A stretch of DNA of 25,887 bases from a virus (lineage: Duplodnaviria; Caudoviricetes). Each line of letters begins with the position of its first letter. The stretch's first letter is position 1. The notes under the pieces are model-generated. The model saw nothing but the letters and a program-made list of their open reading frames with translations, was not told the origin of the DNA and made no database searches. The DNA is taken from positions 1 through 25,887 of the IMG/VR virus record IMGVR_UViG_3300020282_000017; one strand, given 5' to 3'. Made by a program: the position numbers and the translations under genes. Shown in pieces: positions 1 to 6,672 of the stretch.

Positions 1-411
1 GAGGATGAAGAAGCAATCGATCCATTCGATTTCTGGCAAGGTGCAAACTTTAAGTTAAAAGCAAAAAATGTTGCAGGATATAGGAATTACGATAGTTCTG
101 AGTTTGCTGCTGTTAGCCCACTTCTTGATGATGATGACGCTCTTGAAACACTCTGGAAGAAGCAATTCTCTCTTGCTGAGATTGTTGCGAACGACCAGTT
201 CAAGACTTATGAAGAGTTAAAGACTCGCTTGGATTATGTTCTTGGCAACAAGAAGACAGCAACTCCATCATTTGAGGTTGCTGATGAAGATAATGATCGT
301 GGTGCTGCAGAGGAATTAGTAACCGCTGCTGTATCAACAACACCATCCTCAGTCAATGAAGATGATGATGACGATGCATTATCGTACTTCCAAAAACTAG
401 CGGAAGAATAA
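1..411 (+). CDS. gp32: Single-stranded DNA-binding protein, T4 gp32-like (5'-partial; open from base 1)
   Basis: Frame 1 reads without a stop from base 1: EDEEAIDPFDFWQGANFKLKAKNVAGYRNYDSSEF...FKTYEELKTRLDYVLG...DDDDDALSYFQKLAEE*. The PFDFWxGANFKLK and NYDxSEF motifs and the acidic tail are typical of T4-like gp32. The 229..411 ORF in the track is only its tail. Confidence 0.96.
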   Translation, partial: EDEEAIDPFDFWQGANFKLKAKNVAGYRNYDSSEFAAVSPLLDDDDALETLWKKQFSLAEIVANDQFKTYEELKTRLDYVLGNKKTATPSFEVADEDNDRGAAEELVTAAVSTTPSSVNEDDDDDALSYFQKLAEE

Positions 412-417
412 TTACAC

Positions 418-441
418 GGGGGTCAAACGACCCCCTTTTTT
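418..441 (+). terminator. Rho-independent terminator after gp32
   Basis: GGGGGTC-AAAC-GACCCCC perfect 7-bp GC-rich stem followed by TTTTTT, 6 nt after the gp32 stop; the T-run abuts the stop codon of the convergent gp53. Confidence 0.92.
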
Positions 442-1165
442 ATGATGTCAAATTATTAATTTCTGTTTGAGCGAGTTTACTTGTTATAAAACTTGAACTT
501 CTACTGTATCTTGAGACATCTCTTAAGTCGTTTACAAAAGTTTGTAGAAACCCTGATTTTAAGACATCTATCTCTCTCTTTTTTTCATTTTCGTCAATTT
601 CAAACTGAAAATTAGTGACTGATCTTGCAATTTTATCAGTTAAGACAGTATATTCAAATTTATCATCTAATTGTATGTTTCCTGACTCTGATATTAGAGT
701 AAAACGATTTGATCCATGTCTTAATGAACTCCCATCTATTCTAAAATCTTTATCTACAATTAAATTTGGAGGTAATATTTGCCGATTCTTCTCTGTATCC
801 CTGATTTCAAATGTTTCATAATGATGAATTTCATTCATTTTTTCTTCACTTCCATATTTGTTTAAGGCAACATCATACATTTGAAAATTTTGAAGTGGCC
901 ATTCATGAGTAATATTTGTAATACCAGCGACAAGAATTATAACGAAATCGAATTTAGGATTTCCATATATAATATCTGCAATAGTGTCTGGTCTTTCACC
1001 GTCTTCAATTACATACTTATTGAATAAAGTAGCACTATCACTAATATAATCAAAAAGTTTTGTCCTACGAAATATATTTACAATCTGTATGTAATCACCT
1101 GTTGATTTTTTATGCAACAATGGTGATGGATAAAGTATATCTGGTAATTCTCTAAAATATCCCAT
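440..1165 (-). CDS. gp53: Baseplate wedge subunit, T4 gp53-like (LysM-like)
   Basis: MGYFRELPDILY start, YVIEDGERPDTIADIIYG LysM-like motif, WPL...KYG...IHHYET, ENEKKREIDVLK; position next to gp48 and gp32. Confidence 0.9.
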   Translation of the reverse strand: MGYFRELPDILYPSPLLHKKSTGDYIQIVNIFRRTKLFDYISDSATLFNKYVIEDGERPDTIADIIYGNPKFDFVIILVAGITNITHEWPLQNFQMYDVALNKYGSEEKMNEIHHYETFEIRDTEKNRQILPPNLIVDKDFRIDGSSLRHGSNRFTLISESGNIQLDDKFEYTVLTDKIARSVTNFQFEIDENEKKREIDVLKSGFLQTFVNDLRDVSRYSRSSSFITSKLAQTEINNLTS

Positions 1166-2349
1166 TAGTAACCAACTCCTAAACCATCACCCATACTAAA
1201 TTCCTCATAATCCTCATGATAGATTGGATTGAGTTCTTTGAACGTTAAATCCATTTTAATACTTACGGGTGTACCCTCACCGTATGATGCATAAGTTCCT
1301 GCATTAGTATAATTTACTGCCATTCCTGTTAAGGCACAGTCTTTAAAACTATTTAAAAATGGATGATCAACTCCATTATGCAAATAACGTAAAGAAAACA
1401 CATCAGGTGCTCTTAAAAATATACCTCCCTGTCCTTGCTCAGCTTCTTTTTTTGCTGCCATAGAGTGTTTTAAGGCACGAATAATATGTTTTACCATCAT
1501 CGACTCATCAGGATTTCTTGGAGAAAAATTGATGCTGAATGGAAAACTTCTTAAATTTACACTATCGAACAATAATTCTAGATTTGAATTTAATATAACT
1601 CCCTGTGCCCTACCAAGAACACTATTTGTATTAATTTGTCCACCAAGTGCATTAATTGCCTTACCACCAATTGCTGCACGTATGGCATTTTGTGTTTTTG
1701 CGTCGATCCCGTCAAAAGACCCACCTGCATTATCATCTCCAAAAATACCCCTTGTTAAAACTTCTCTTGCAGCTTCAAATCCACCTGCTGGATCTTTTAT
1801 AAAATTAGCAGCAGCAGCGACACCCGCTAATTGAAAAATATTCATATTATCATCACCCCAAGTCACAGTATTTGAGTCATTAACATCTTGAGGTATTGGT
1901 AATTCAATATAATAATGATGCTTGGTTTTTTTTGTTCTATCTGACGCTCCTTCATTTACCATTGTAATTGAACCAGGTGCATATCCTGTAACAACTTCAT
2001 TACTTTTGTTTGTTTTGTTCATTCCCTTTTTTATGTCTCTATTATATGCATCTTTCCCATCTTTTGTTGCTATAAATTCAACTTTGTCACCTGTTATACC
2101 TGTTCTTGGTGGCTCATAACTAAAACATTTGATTAATAACGAATCACCTGTTTTCTCACTTTGTGATCTAGCAAGAGGATACCCCATCACTTTTGGATAA
2201 GGCATATGTCTTTTTTTACTACTATTATTACCACTTTGTTTTTTATCCTTATTATCCTTAGTTCCTTTTTCTTTTAATGTACCCTTTTTCTTTAATTGAG
2301 GATTGACAAGTTTACCCCTGCCTGACATCATATCCGAAGCACTAATCAT
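1165..2349 (-). CDS. gp48: Baseplate tail-tube cap, T4 gp48-like
   Basis: IELPIPQDVNDSNTVTW, NSNLELLFDSVNLRSFPFSINFSPRN, FKDCALTGMAVNYT, PVSIKMDLTFKELNPI motifs; TAATG stop/start overlap with gp53. Confidence 0.85.
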   Translation of the reverse strand: MISASDMMSGRGKLVNPQLKKKGTLKEKGTKDNKDKKQSGNNSSKKRHMPYPKVMGYPLARSQSEKTGDSLLIKCFSYEPPRTGITGDKVEFIATKDGKDAYNRDIKKGMNKTNKSNEVVTGYAPGSITMVNEGASDRTKKTKHHYYIELPIPQDVNDSNTVTWGDDNMNIFQLAGVAAAANFIKDPAGGFEAAREVLTRGIFGDDNAGGSFDGIDAKTQNAIRAAIGGKAINALGGQINTNSVLGRAQGVILNSNLELLFDSVNLRSFPFSINFSPRNPDESMMVKHIIRALKHSMAAKKEAEQGQGGIFLRAPDVFSLRYLHNGVDHPFLNSFKDCALTGMAVNYTNAGTYASYGEGTPVSIKMDLTFKELNPIYHEDYEEFSMGDGLGVGY

Positions 2350-2371
2350 ATCGACCTTTCTTATACTTGTT

Positions 2372-2719
2372 TCAACTATTTAGTATGATTCTTCCAAAAG
2401 GAATAGTTCTTAAATCTCTTAGTTCCATTTCATCAACTTGATACAAACCTCCAACTACCTCACCAAACGTATATTGTCTCATTTCACCCCAATGAAAGTT
2501 AAGACCTTTAAATCCCCATTGAAATACATCAGTCACTGCAACTAATGGATGTAAATCATATCTTATACCTGGTGTTTTAGCACGATATACAAAAACATAA
2601 TAGTTTCCTTCCTCTGGTACATTACTTCCCTCAGTTAATACCTCTAGTATATCTGTTGCTAAATCATCAGGATTTTCATTCCCGATTAGATTTTTCATGA
2701 TGGGGTCAATGCGACTCAT
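2372..2719 (-). CDS. gp2: DNA end protector protein, short T4 gp2-like
   Basis: YYVFVYRAKTP..YDLHPLV...GFKGLNFHW resembles the gp2 core (YxAK, YDxxPL, GLNxH); ATGA overlap with gp4, matching the T4 gene 4-2 order. Confidence 0.75.
   Translation of the reverse strand: MSRIDPIMKNLIGNENPDDLATDILEVLTEGSNVPEEGNYYVFVYRAKTPGIRYDLHPLVAVTDVFQWGFKGLNFHWGEMRQYTFGEVVGGLYQVDEMELRDLRTIPFGRIILNS
2377..2383 (-). promoter_or_regulatory. T4-type late promoter (CTAAATA) for gp48-gp53
   Basis: TATTTAG on + strand = CTAAATA on - strand, inside the last codons of gp2, about 28 nt before the gp48 ATG; SD-like GAAAGGT lies between them. Confidence 0.65.
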
Positions 2720-3150
2720 ATTCCTAACTCTTTTTCTGTAACTACCTTAAACTCCCACTGACGATCAGCACAGAACTCCCGTGCCATCTTCCATTTTGCC
2801 TGATTCTTTGCATATTCATATGCTTCACGAATATATCCCTTTGTTTGTCTTTTTGGTTTCACTGGTGGTTTTGTTTGCTTTGCTGGTTTTACCTCAATTA
2901 CATATCTTTTTATTTTACCACCTCTTTCCTTCACTTTCATATAAAAATCTGGAAAGTAACGATGCACACGATTATCAACGGGAGATCGATAAGGTATTGC
3001 TATTTCTTCACTTGCCCACTCTAATATATTATCATTCTTATCGCAATAAACCATAAACTTTCTTTCCCAAAGTGATCTATAAATTATATTTGTCGGATCA
3101 CCTTTATATTTTCGAGGATAAGATGGATAGTATTTTCCCTTATAAGACAT
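2716..3150 (-). CDS. gp4: Head completion nuclease, T4 gp4-like (TnsA-type PD-(D/E)xK fold)
   Basis: MSYKGKY.P..P.KYKGDPTNIIYRSLWERKFM, WASEEIAIPY, HRYFPDF, IEVKP, NQAKW..A..FC, VVTEKEL. Confidence 0.95.
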   Translation of the reverse strand: MSYKGKYYPSYPRKYKGDPTNIIYRSLWERKFMVYCDKNDNILEWASEEIAIPYRSPVDNRVHRYFPDFYMKVKERGGKIKRYVIEVKPAKQTKPPVKPKRQTKGYIREAYEYAKNQAKWKMAREFCADRQWEFKVVTEKELGI

Positions 3151-3157
3151 CTAAATA
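3151..3157 (+). promoter_or_regulatory. T4-type late promoter (CTAAATA) for the rightward gp54-like gene
   Basis: CTAAATA 25 nt upstream of the GTG at 3183; variant of the gp55 late consensus TATAAATA. Confidence 0.65.
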
Positions 3158-3174
3158 GACATGTTATGTAATTT

Positions 3175-3181
3175 TATTTAG
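3175..3181 (-). promoter_or_regulatory. T4-type late promoter (CTAAATA) for the leftward gp4-gp2 block
   Basis: TATTTAG on + strand = CTAAATA on - strand, 24 nt upstream of the gp4 ATG. Confidence 0.65.
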
Positions 3182-3182
3182 A

Positions 3183-4010
3183 GTGCCAGCACCAAGACCA
3201 AAAAAAATATCAGATATATTACCAAAAATACAAAATGTTGCACAGACATCTCATTATTTTGTGAAGTTTTCTCTTCCTGTAAGTGATTTGAGAGGTTTTT
3301 TAAGAAGAAAGGGAGTAAATGATAGATTTATAATAGAAGATGCAGGTTTATTATGTAGTGATGCAGTGCTACCTGGTAGTGCTTTAGCATCTGTTGATAC
3401 TCGTGGAGACTTTCAAGGAGTGATTGAAAGATTTGCACATACAAGAAATTTTACACAAATTAATTTAGAATTTTACGTTGATAATGAATATAAATCGATG
3501 AAATTTATTGAACATTGGATGGAATATATCACTGGGGCATCACAATCAGATCCATCTGGAGATACACATTATTTCCAATTGAATTATCCATCGAATTATA
3601 AATCGAATGAAACAAGAATTGTAAAATTTGAAAGAGATTATAATAGATTTTTAGAATATAGATTTATTGGATTATTTCCACTATCACTAAATTCTGTCAG
3701 AGTATCATATCAAGGTTCTCAGGTTCTAAAGGCAAGTGCATCTTTTAGTTTTGATAGGTATATATGTGGTGAGTCCTCATCACTGGCGAGAGATTTAGGA
3801 AATGCATTTAATGAAATTTTTGGAAGAACAAATCCTGTGAGAGATGGGTCTGGAGTAAATCCTGATATATTAGATAAGAATATTTTTGGAAGACCCTTAC
3901 CATATTTAAATGATGATAGAAAAAATGTTCAATTATCAGCATCAGGAAACCAATTAAAAAATAATCCACAATCATCCAATAATAGTGAGATTGGAAGTCG
4001 TATAATCTAA
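3183..4010 (+). CDS. Baseplate tail-tube initiator / tail-tube-fold protein (T4 gp54/gp19-like)
   Basis: LLCSDAVLPG, R.FTQINLEFYVD, FIEHWMEYI, YRFIGLFPLSLNSV.VSY, ASFSFDRY are tail-tube-fold motifs; GTG start; divergent from gp4 and upstream of gp26. Confidence 0.75.
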   Translation: MPAPRPKKISDILPKIQNVAQTSHYFVKFSLPVSDLRGFLRRKGVNDRFIIEDAGLLCSDAVLPGSALASVDTRGDFQGVIERFAHTRNFTQINLEFYVDNEYKSMKFIEHWMEYITGASQSDPSGDTHYFQLNYPSNYKSNETRIVKFERDYNRFLEYRFIGLFPLSLNSVRVSYQGSQVLKASASFSFDRYICGESSSLARDLGNAFNEIFGRTNPVRDGSGVNPDILDKNIFGRPLPYLNDDRKNVQLSASGNQLKNNPQSSNNSEIGSRII

Positions 4011-4023
4011 CTTTGATAACCAC

Positions 4024-4031
4024 TATAAATA
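4024..4031 (+). promoter_or_regulatory. T4 late promoter TATAAATA upstream of gp26
   Basis: Exact consensus in the intergenic gap, 25 nt before the ATG at 4057. Confidence 0.85.
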
Positions 4032-4056
4032 ATGACACTGAAGTGCTTAGAATATC

Positions 4057-4773
4057 ATGCCTTTACCAACAATTTCTACACCAACTTATGAGTTGGTTCT
4101 TCCTTCCTCTAATAGAAAAATTAAATACAGACCATTTCTAGTAAAAGAAGAGAAGATTTTAATTATTGCCTTAGAATCAGAAGATCAAAAACAAATTGCC
4201 AATGCTGTTAAAAATATCTTATCAGCGTGTATACTGACGAAAGGAACAAAAGTTGAGAAACTTTCTACCTTTGATATTGAATATCTCTTTTTAAATGTAA
4301 GAGGTAAATCAGTTGGTGAGCAAATTGAAGTAATGGTCACATGCCCTGATGATGGAAAAACTCAAGTTCCAATGTCAATTAATATTGATAGTATAAAAGT
4401 GAGTAAATCTAAAAATCATAATCCTGATATTAAATTAGATGATAAGTTCACACTTAGGATGAGATATCCATCATTAGATGAATTTATTAAGTCTAATTTT
4501 TCTGCTGAAAATATAAAAGTGGAAGATACATTTGAATTAATTGCATCATGTGTTGATCAAGTTTACTCTGAGGAGGAATCTTGGACACAGGAAGATTGTA
4601 CAAAGCAAGAGTTAGTTGAATTTATTGAGCAACTAAATTCTTCTCAATTTAAAGAAATTGAAAAGTTTTTTGATACGATGCCTAAACTTAGTCATAAAGT
4701 AAAGGTAAAAAATCCAAATACTAAAGTTGAAAGTGAAATTGTATTAGAGGGTTTAAACAATTTTTTCGCATAA
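4057..4773 (+). CDS. gp26: Baseplate hub assembly protein, T4 gp26-like
   Basis: MPLPTISTPTYEL.LPS, KYRPFLVKEEKILIIA, FDIEYLFLNVRGKSVGE, MRYP, FFDTMPKL, LEGL..FF. Confidence 0.92.
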   Translation: MPLPTISTPTYELVLPSSNRKIKYRPFLVKEEKILIIALESEDQKQIANAVKNILSACILTKGTKVEKLSTFDIEYLFLNVRGKSVGEQIEVMVTCPDDGKTQVPMSINIDSIKVSKSKNHNPDIKLDDKFTLRMRYPSLDEFIKSNFSAENIKVEDTFELIASCVDQVYSEEESWTQEDCTKQELVEFIEQLNSSQFKEIEKFFDTMPKLSHKVKVKNPNTKVESEIVLEGLNNFFA

Positions 4774-4803
4774 GTATGGCACATGAAGACCTAGTGTCAT
4801 ACT
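4747..4803 (+). promoter_or_regulatory. Putative -1 programmed ribosomal frameshift cassette joining gp26 to gp51
   Basis: GAGG (4747-4750); in-phase heptamers T_TTA_AAC (4752-4758) and T_TTT_TTC (4761-4767); hairpin AGTATGGCAC/GTGTCATACT (4773-4782/4794-4803); the -1 frame is open into gp51. Confidence 0.65.
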
Positions 4804-4955
4804 ATAAACTGAATTTTGCCTTGATGCAACACCATAAATATAGTTTGACGGAGCTTGAAAATATGATACCATGGGAGAGAGAAATATATGTCTCTTTGCT
4901 CCAACAACATGTAGAAGAGGAAAATTTAAAAGCACAACAAGAACGTAATGGATGA
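4776..4955 (+). CDS. gp51: Baseplate hub assembly catalyst, short gp51-like (59 aa, missing from the ORF track); possibly made mainly as a gp26 frameshift fusion
   Basis: Hand translation: MAHEDLVSYYKLNFALMQHHKYSLTELENMIPWEREIYVSLLQQHVEEENLKAQQERNG*; the NFALMQHHKYSLTE.ENMIPWER.IY motif is the cyanophage gp51 signature. It overlaps the next ATG by 8 nt. Confidence 0.92.
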   Translation: MAHEDLVSYYKLNFALMQHHKYSLTELENMIPWEREIYVSLLQQHVEEENLKAQQERNG

Positions 4956-6672
4956 GGAACAGACTTTAGCATCACCGATAGCAGGAGGAATTAACGCTGT
5001 TAGAAGAAATATGTCTTCTGGACTTTTTGGTTCACGAAGACAAAATCAGGTGCCACAGTCAGATTCAATTACAACTAATTTACTAACAAATCAGTCATTA
5101 GAATTAAAATCAGTATCAAGACAATTAGAAGTTATATCCAACCAGATGACAAATATTAATGCCTCATTGAGTGGTGTTAAAGAAAGTTTGGCTCTATCTG
5201 ATTCAATTGATAGACAAAGAGAAAGGGCAAAACAAAATCGTGAAAGAATATTAGCGGAGCAAGGATTAAGAGAAGGAAAGGAAAGTGAGTTAGAGAAAAA
5301 AATACAAACTGCATTAGTGAGTCCAATAAAAAGAATTGGTGAAAAAGCACAGGGAGTTTTATTTAATTTTCAAAAATTCTTTTTATTGCTTGCAGGTGGT
5401 TGGTTAACAAATGTTGGAATTGATTTGATCAATGCTCTTGTTACTGGCAATACAGATCAGATTAATAAACTTAAGAATAAATTCACCATTGGATTAGTTG
5501 CCATAAGTGGCACACTAACTGCTCTCAACGTTGGTATTAAAACCATCTTTAGATTATTAAATGTTTTTGTTGGTAGTGTTGCAAGATTTGCATTTGGTGG
5601 TTTTGTCGGAAATACTTTAGCAGGATTAAGACTATTTTTAAGGAATATTGCAGTAAAAGCTGGTTTGGCAGCAGCAGGAGGAGGTTTTCTTGGGGGCACT
5701 ACAGCAACTGCTGCTGCATCTGGTATTGCTGGTGGTTCCATAGCATCTCGTTTTGTAAAAGGAAAAACCCTTAGTAAAATACCAGCAAACAAAATAGTCA
5801 ATTTTACCCGCACACCAGCATTGACTGGAGCAGGATTTGGACAAAGATTTTTACCACCGAACGCAGCATCACGAGTGACAGTTGGATCTGGAAAGAGTGG
5901 GTTTCAACTTTTTAGTGAAGGTGCAGATAAAATAACTGCAGCAGGTAAAAAAGGTATATTCGGTAAATTACGACAATCGGGAGCAAGTTTTAGTAAATTA
6001 ATGACAGGTGGAGGAGCAACAGCATCCTCAAAAATAATTACAGAGGGAACAGAGAGAGTAGCGAAGAAAGGTTTGATGTCCGCATTAAAAAAATTCGCCT
6101 CTAAGGGTTTAGGAAAATTTTTTAAAGGTTTTGGACCAGTAGGTGCTTTAATAGAATTTGCTATCAATTTGTCACAAGGAATGGGAGTTGGAGAAGCTTT
6201 AGTTGAAATTGCAAGATCATCTGCATTATTTGCAATAGGTCAAGCTTTGATACCAATTCCATTTGTTGGTGGAATGATAGGTATATTTCTTGGTGATCAA
6301 TTATTAAATTCGTTTGGTAAATTAATACAAAATGTTTTTGGATTTAAATTACCGAAAGCGATAGTTGGTGATATTGATGGGGGAAGTAAAATTGAAAAAA
6401 TATTAGGACCTGATGATTATGAAATGAGACCAATTTCTTCAACAGAGGATAATATTTCTGCAATATCAAATAATAATGATAAAATTGCGGATAATTTAAT
6501 AGAGGAAGATTCTTCCTCTGTAGCAGTAATTCAAGCTCAAGGTGGGGGAGGAGGAGGTACGTCAGCACCCCAAATGACTGGTGGTAAAGAACCTAATGCT
6601 TTACCTTCGATAGCTTTTAATACAGGTAATCCTCATACATTATTTGCTGTATCACAAATAGGGGTGGCATAA
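4948..6672 (+). CDS. Putative tape-measure / baseplate hub protein (T4 gp29-like position)
   Basis: 574 aa; N-terminal coiled coil, long Ala/Gly/Lys-rich amphipathic and hydrophobic stretches (GQALIPIPFVGGMIG); directly after gp26/gp51. Confidence 0.6.
   Translation: MDEEQTLASPIAGGINAVRRNMSSGLFGSRRQNQVPQSDSITTNLLTNQSLELKSVSRQLEVISNQMTNINASLSGVKESLALSDSIDRQRERAKQNRERILAEQGLREGKESELEKKIQTALVSPIKRIGEKAQGVLFNFQKFFLLLAGGWLTNVGIDLINALVTGNTDQINKLKNKFTIGLVAISGTLTALNVGIKTIFRLLNVFVGSVARFAFGGFVGNTLAGLRLFLRNIAVKAGLAAAGGGFLGGTTATAAASGIAGGSIASRFVKGKTLSKIPANKIVNFTRTPALTGAGFGQRFLPPNAASRVTVGSGKSGFQLFSEGADKITAAGKKGIFGKLRQSGASFSKLMTGGGATASSKIITEGTERVAKKGLMSALKKFASKGLGKFFKGFGPVGALIEFAINLSQGMGVGEALVEIARSSALFAIGQALIPIPFVGGMIGIFLGDQLLNSFGKLIQNVFGFKLPKAIVGDIDGGSKIEKILGPDDYEMRPISSTEDNISAISNNNDKIADNLIEEDSSSVAVIQAQGGGGGGTSAPQMTGGKEPNALPSIAFNTGNPHTLFAVSQIGVA

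Noticed and set aside
229-411. 60-aa ORF as a standalone gene
   Set aside because: It is the in-frame C-terminus of gp32, which is open from base 1.
412-441. gp32 terminator as a bidirectional terminator
   Set aside because: Only the plus strand has a U-tract next to the stem; the minus side reads GTGTAATT, so termination of gp53 transcripts here is unsupported.
2716-3150. TnsA-like nuclease as a sign of a Tn7 transposon or homing endonuclease
   Set aside because: Sequence and context match the core T4-like head completion protein gp4; there are no other transposon genes or ends.
4753-4935. 60-aa minus-strand ORF in the track
   Set aside because: Antisense shadow of the plus-strand gp51 ORF (4776-4955), which has a recognisable motif.
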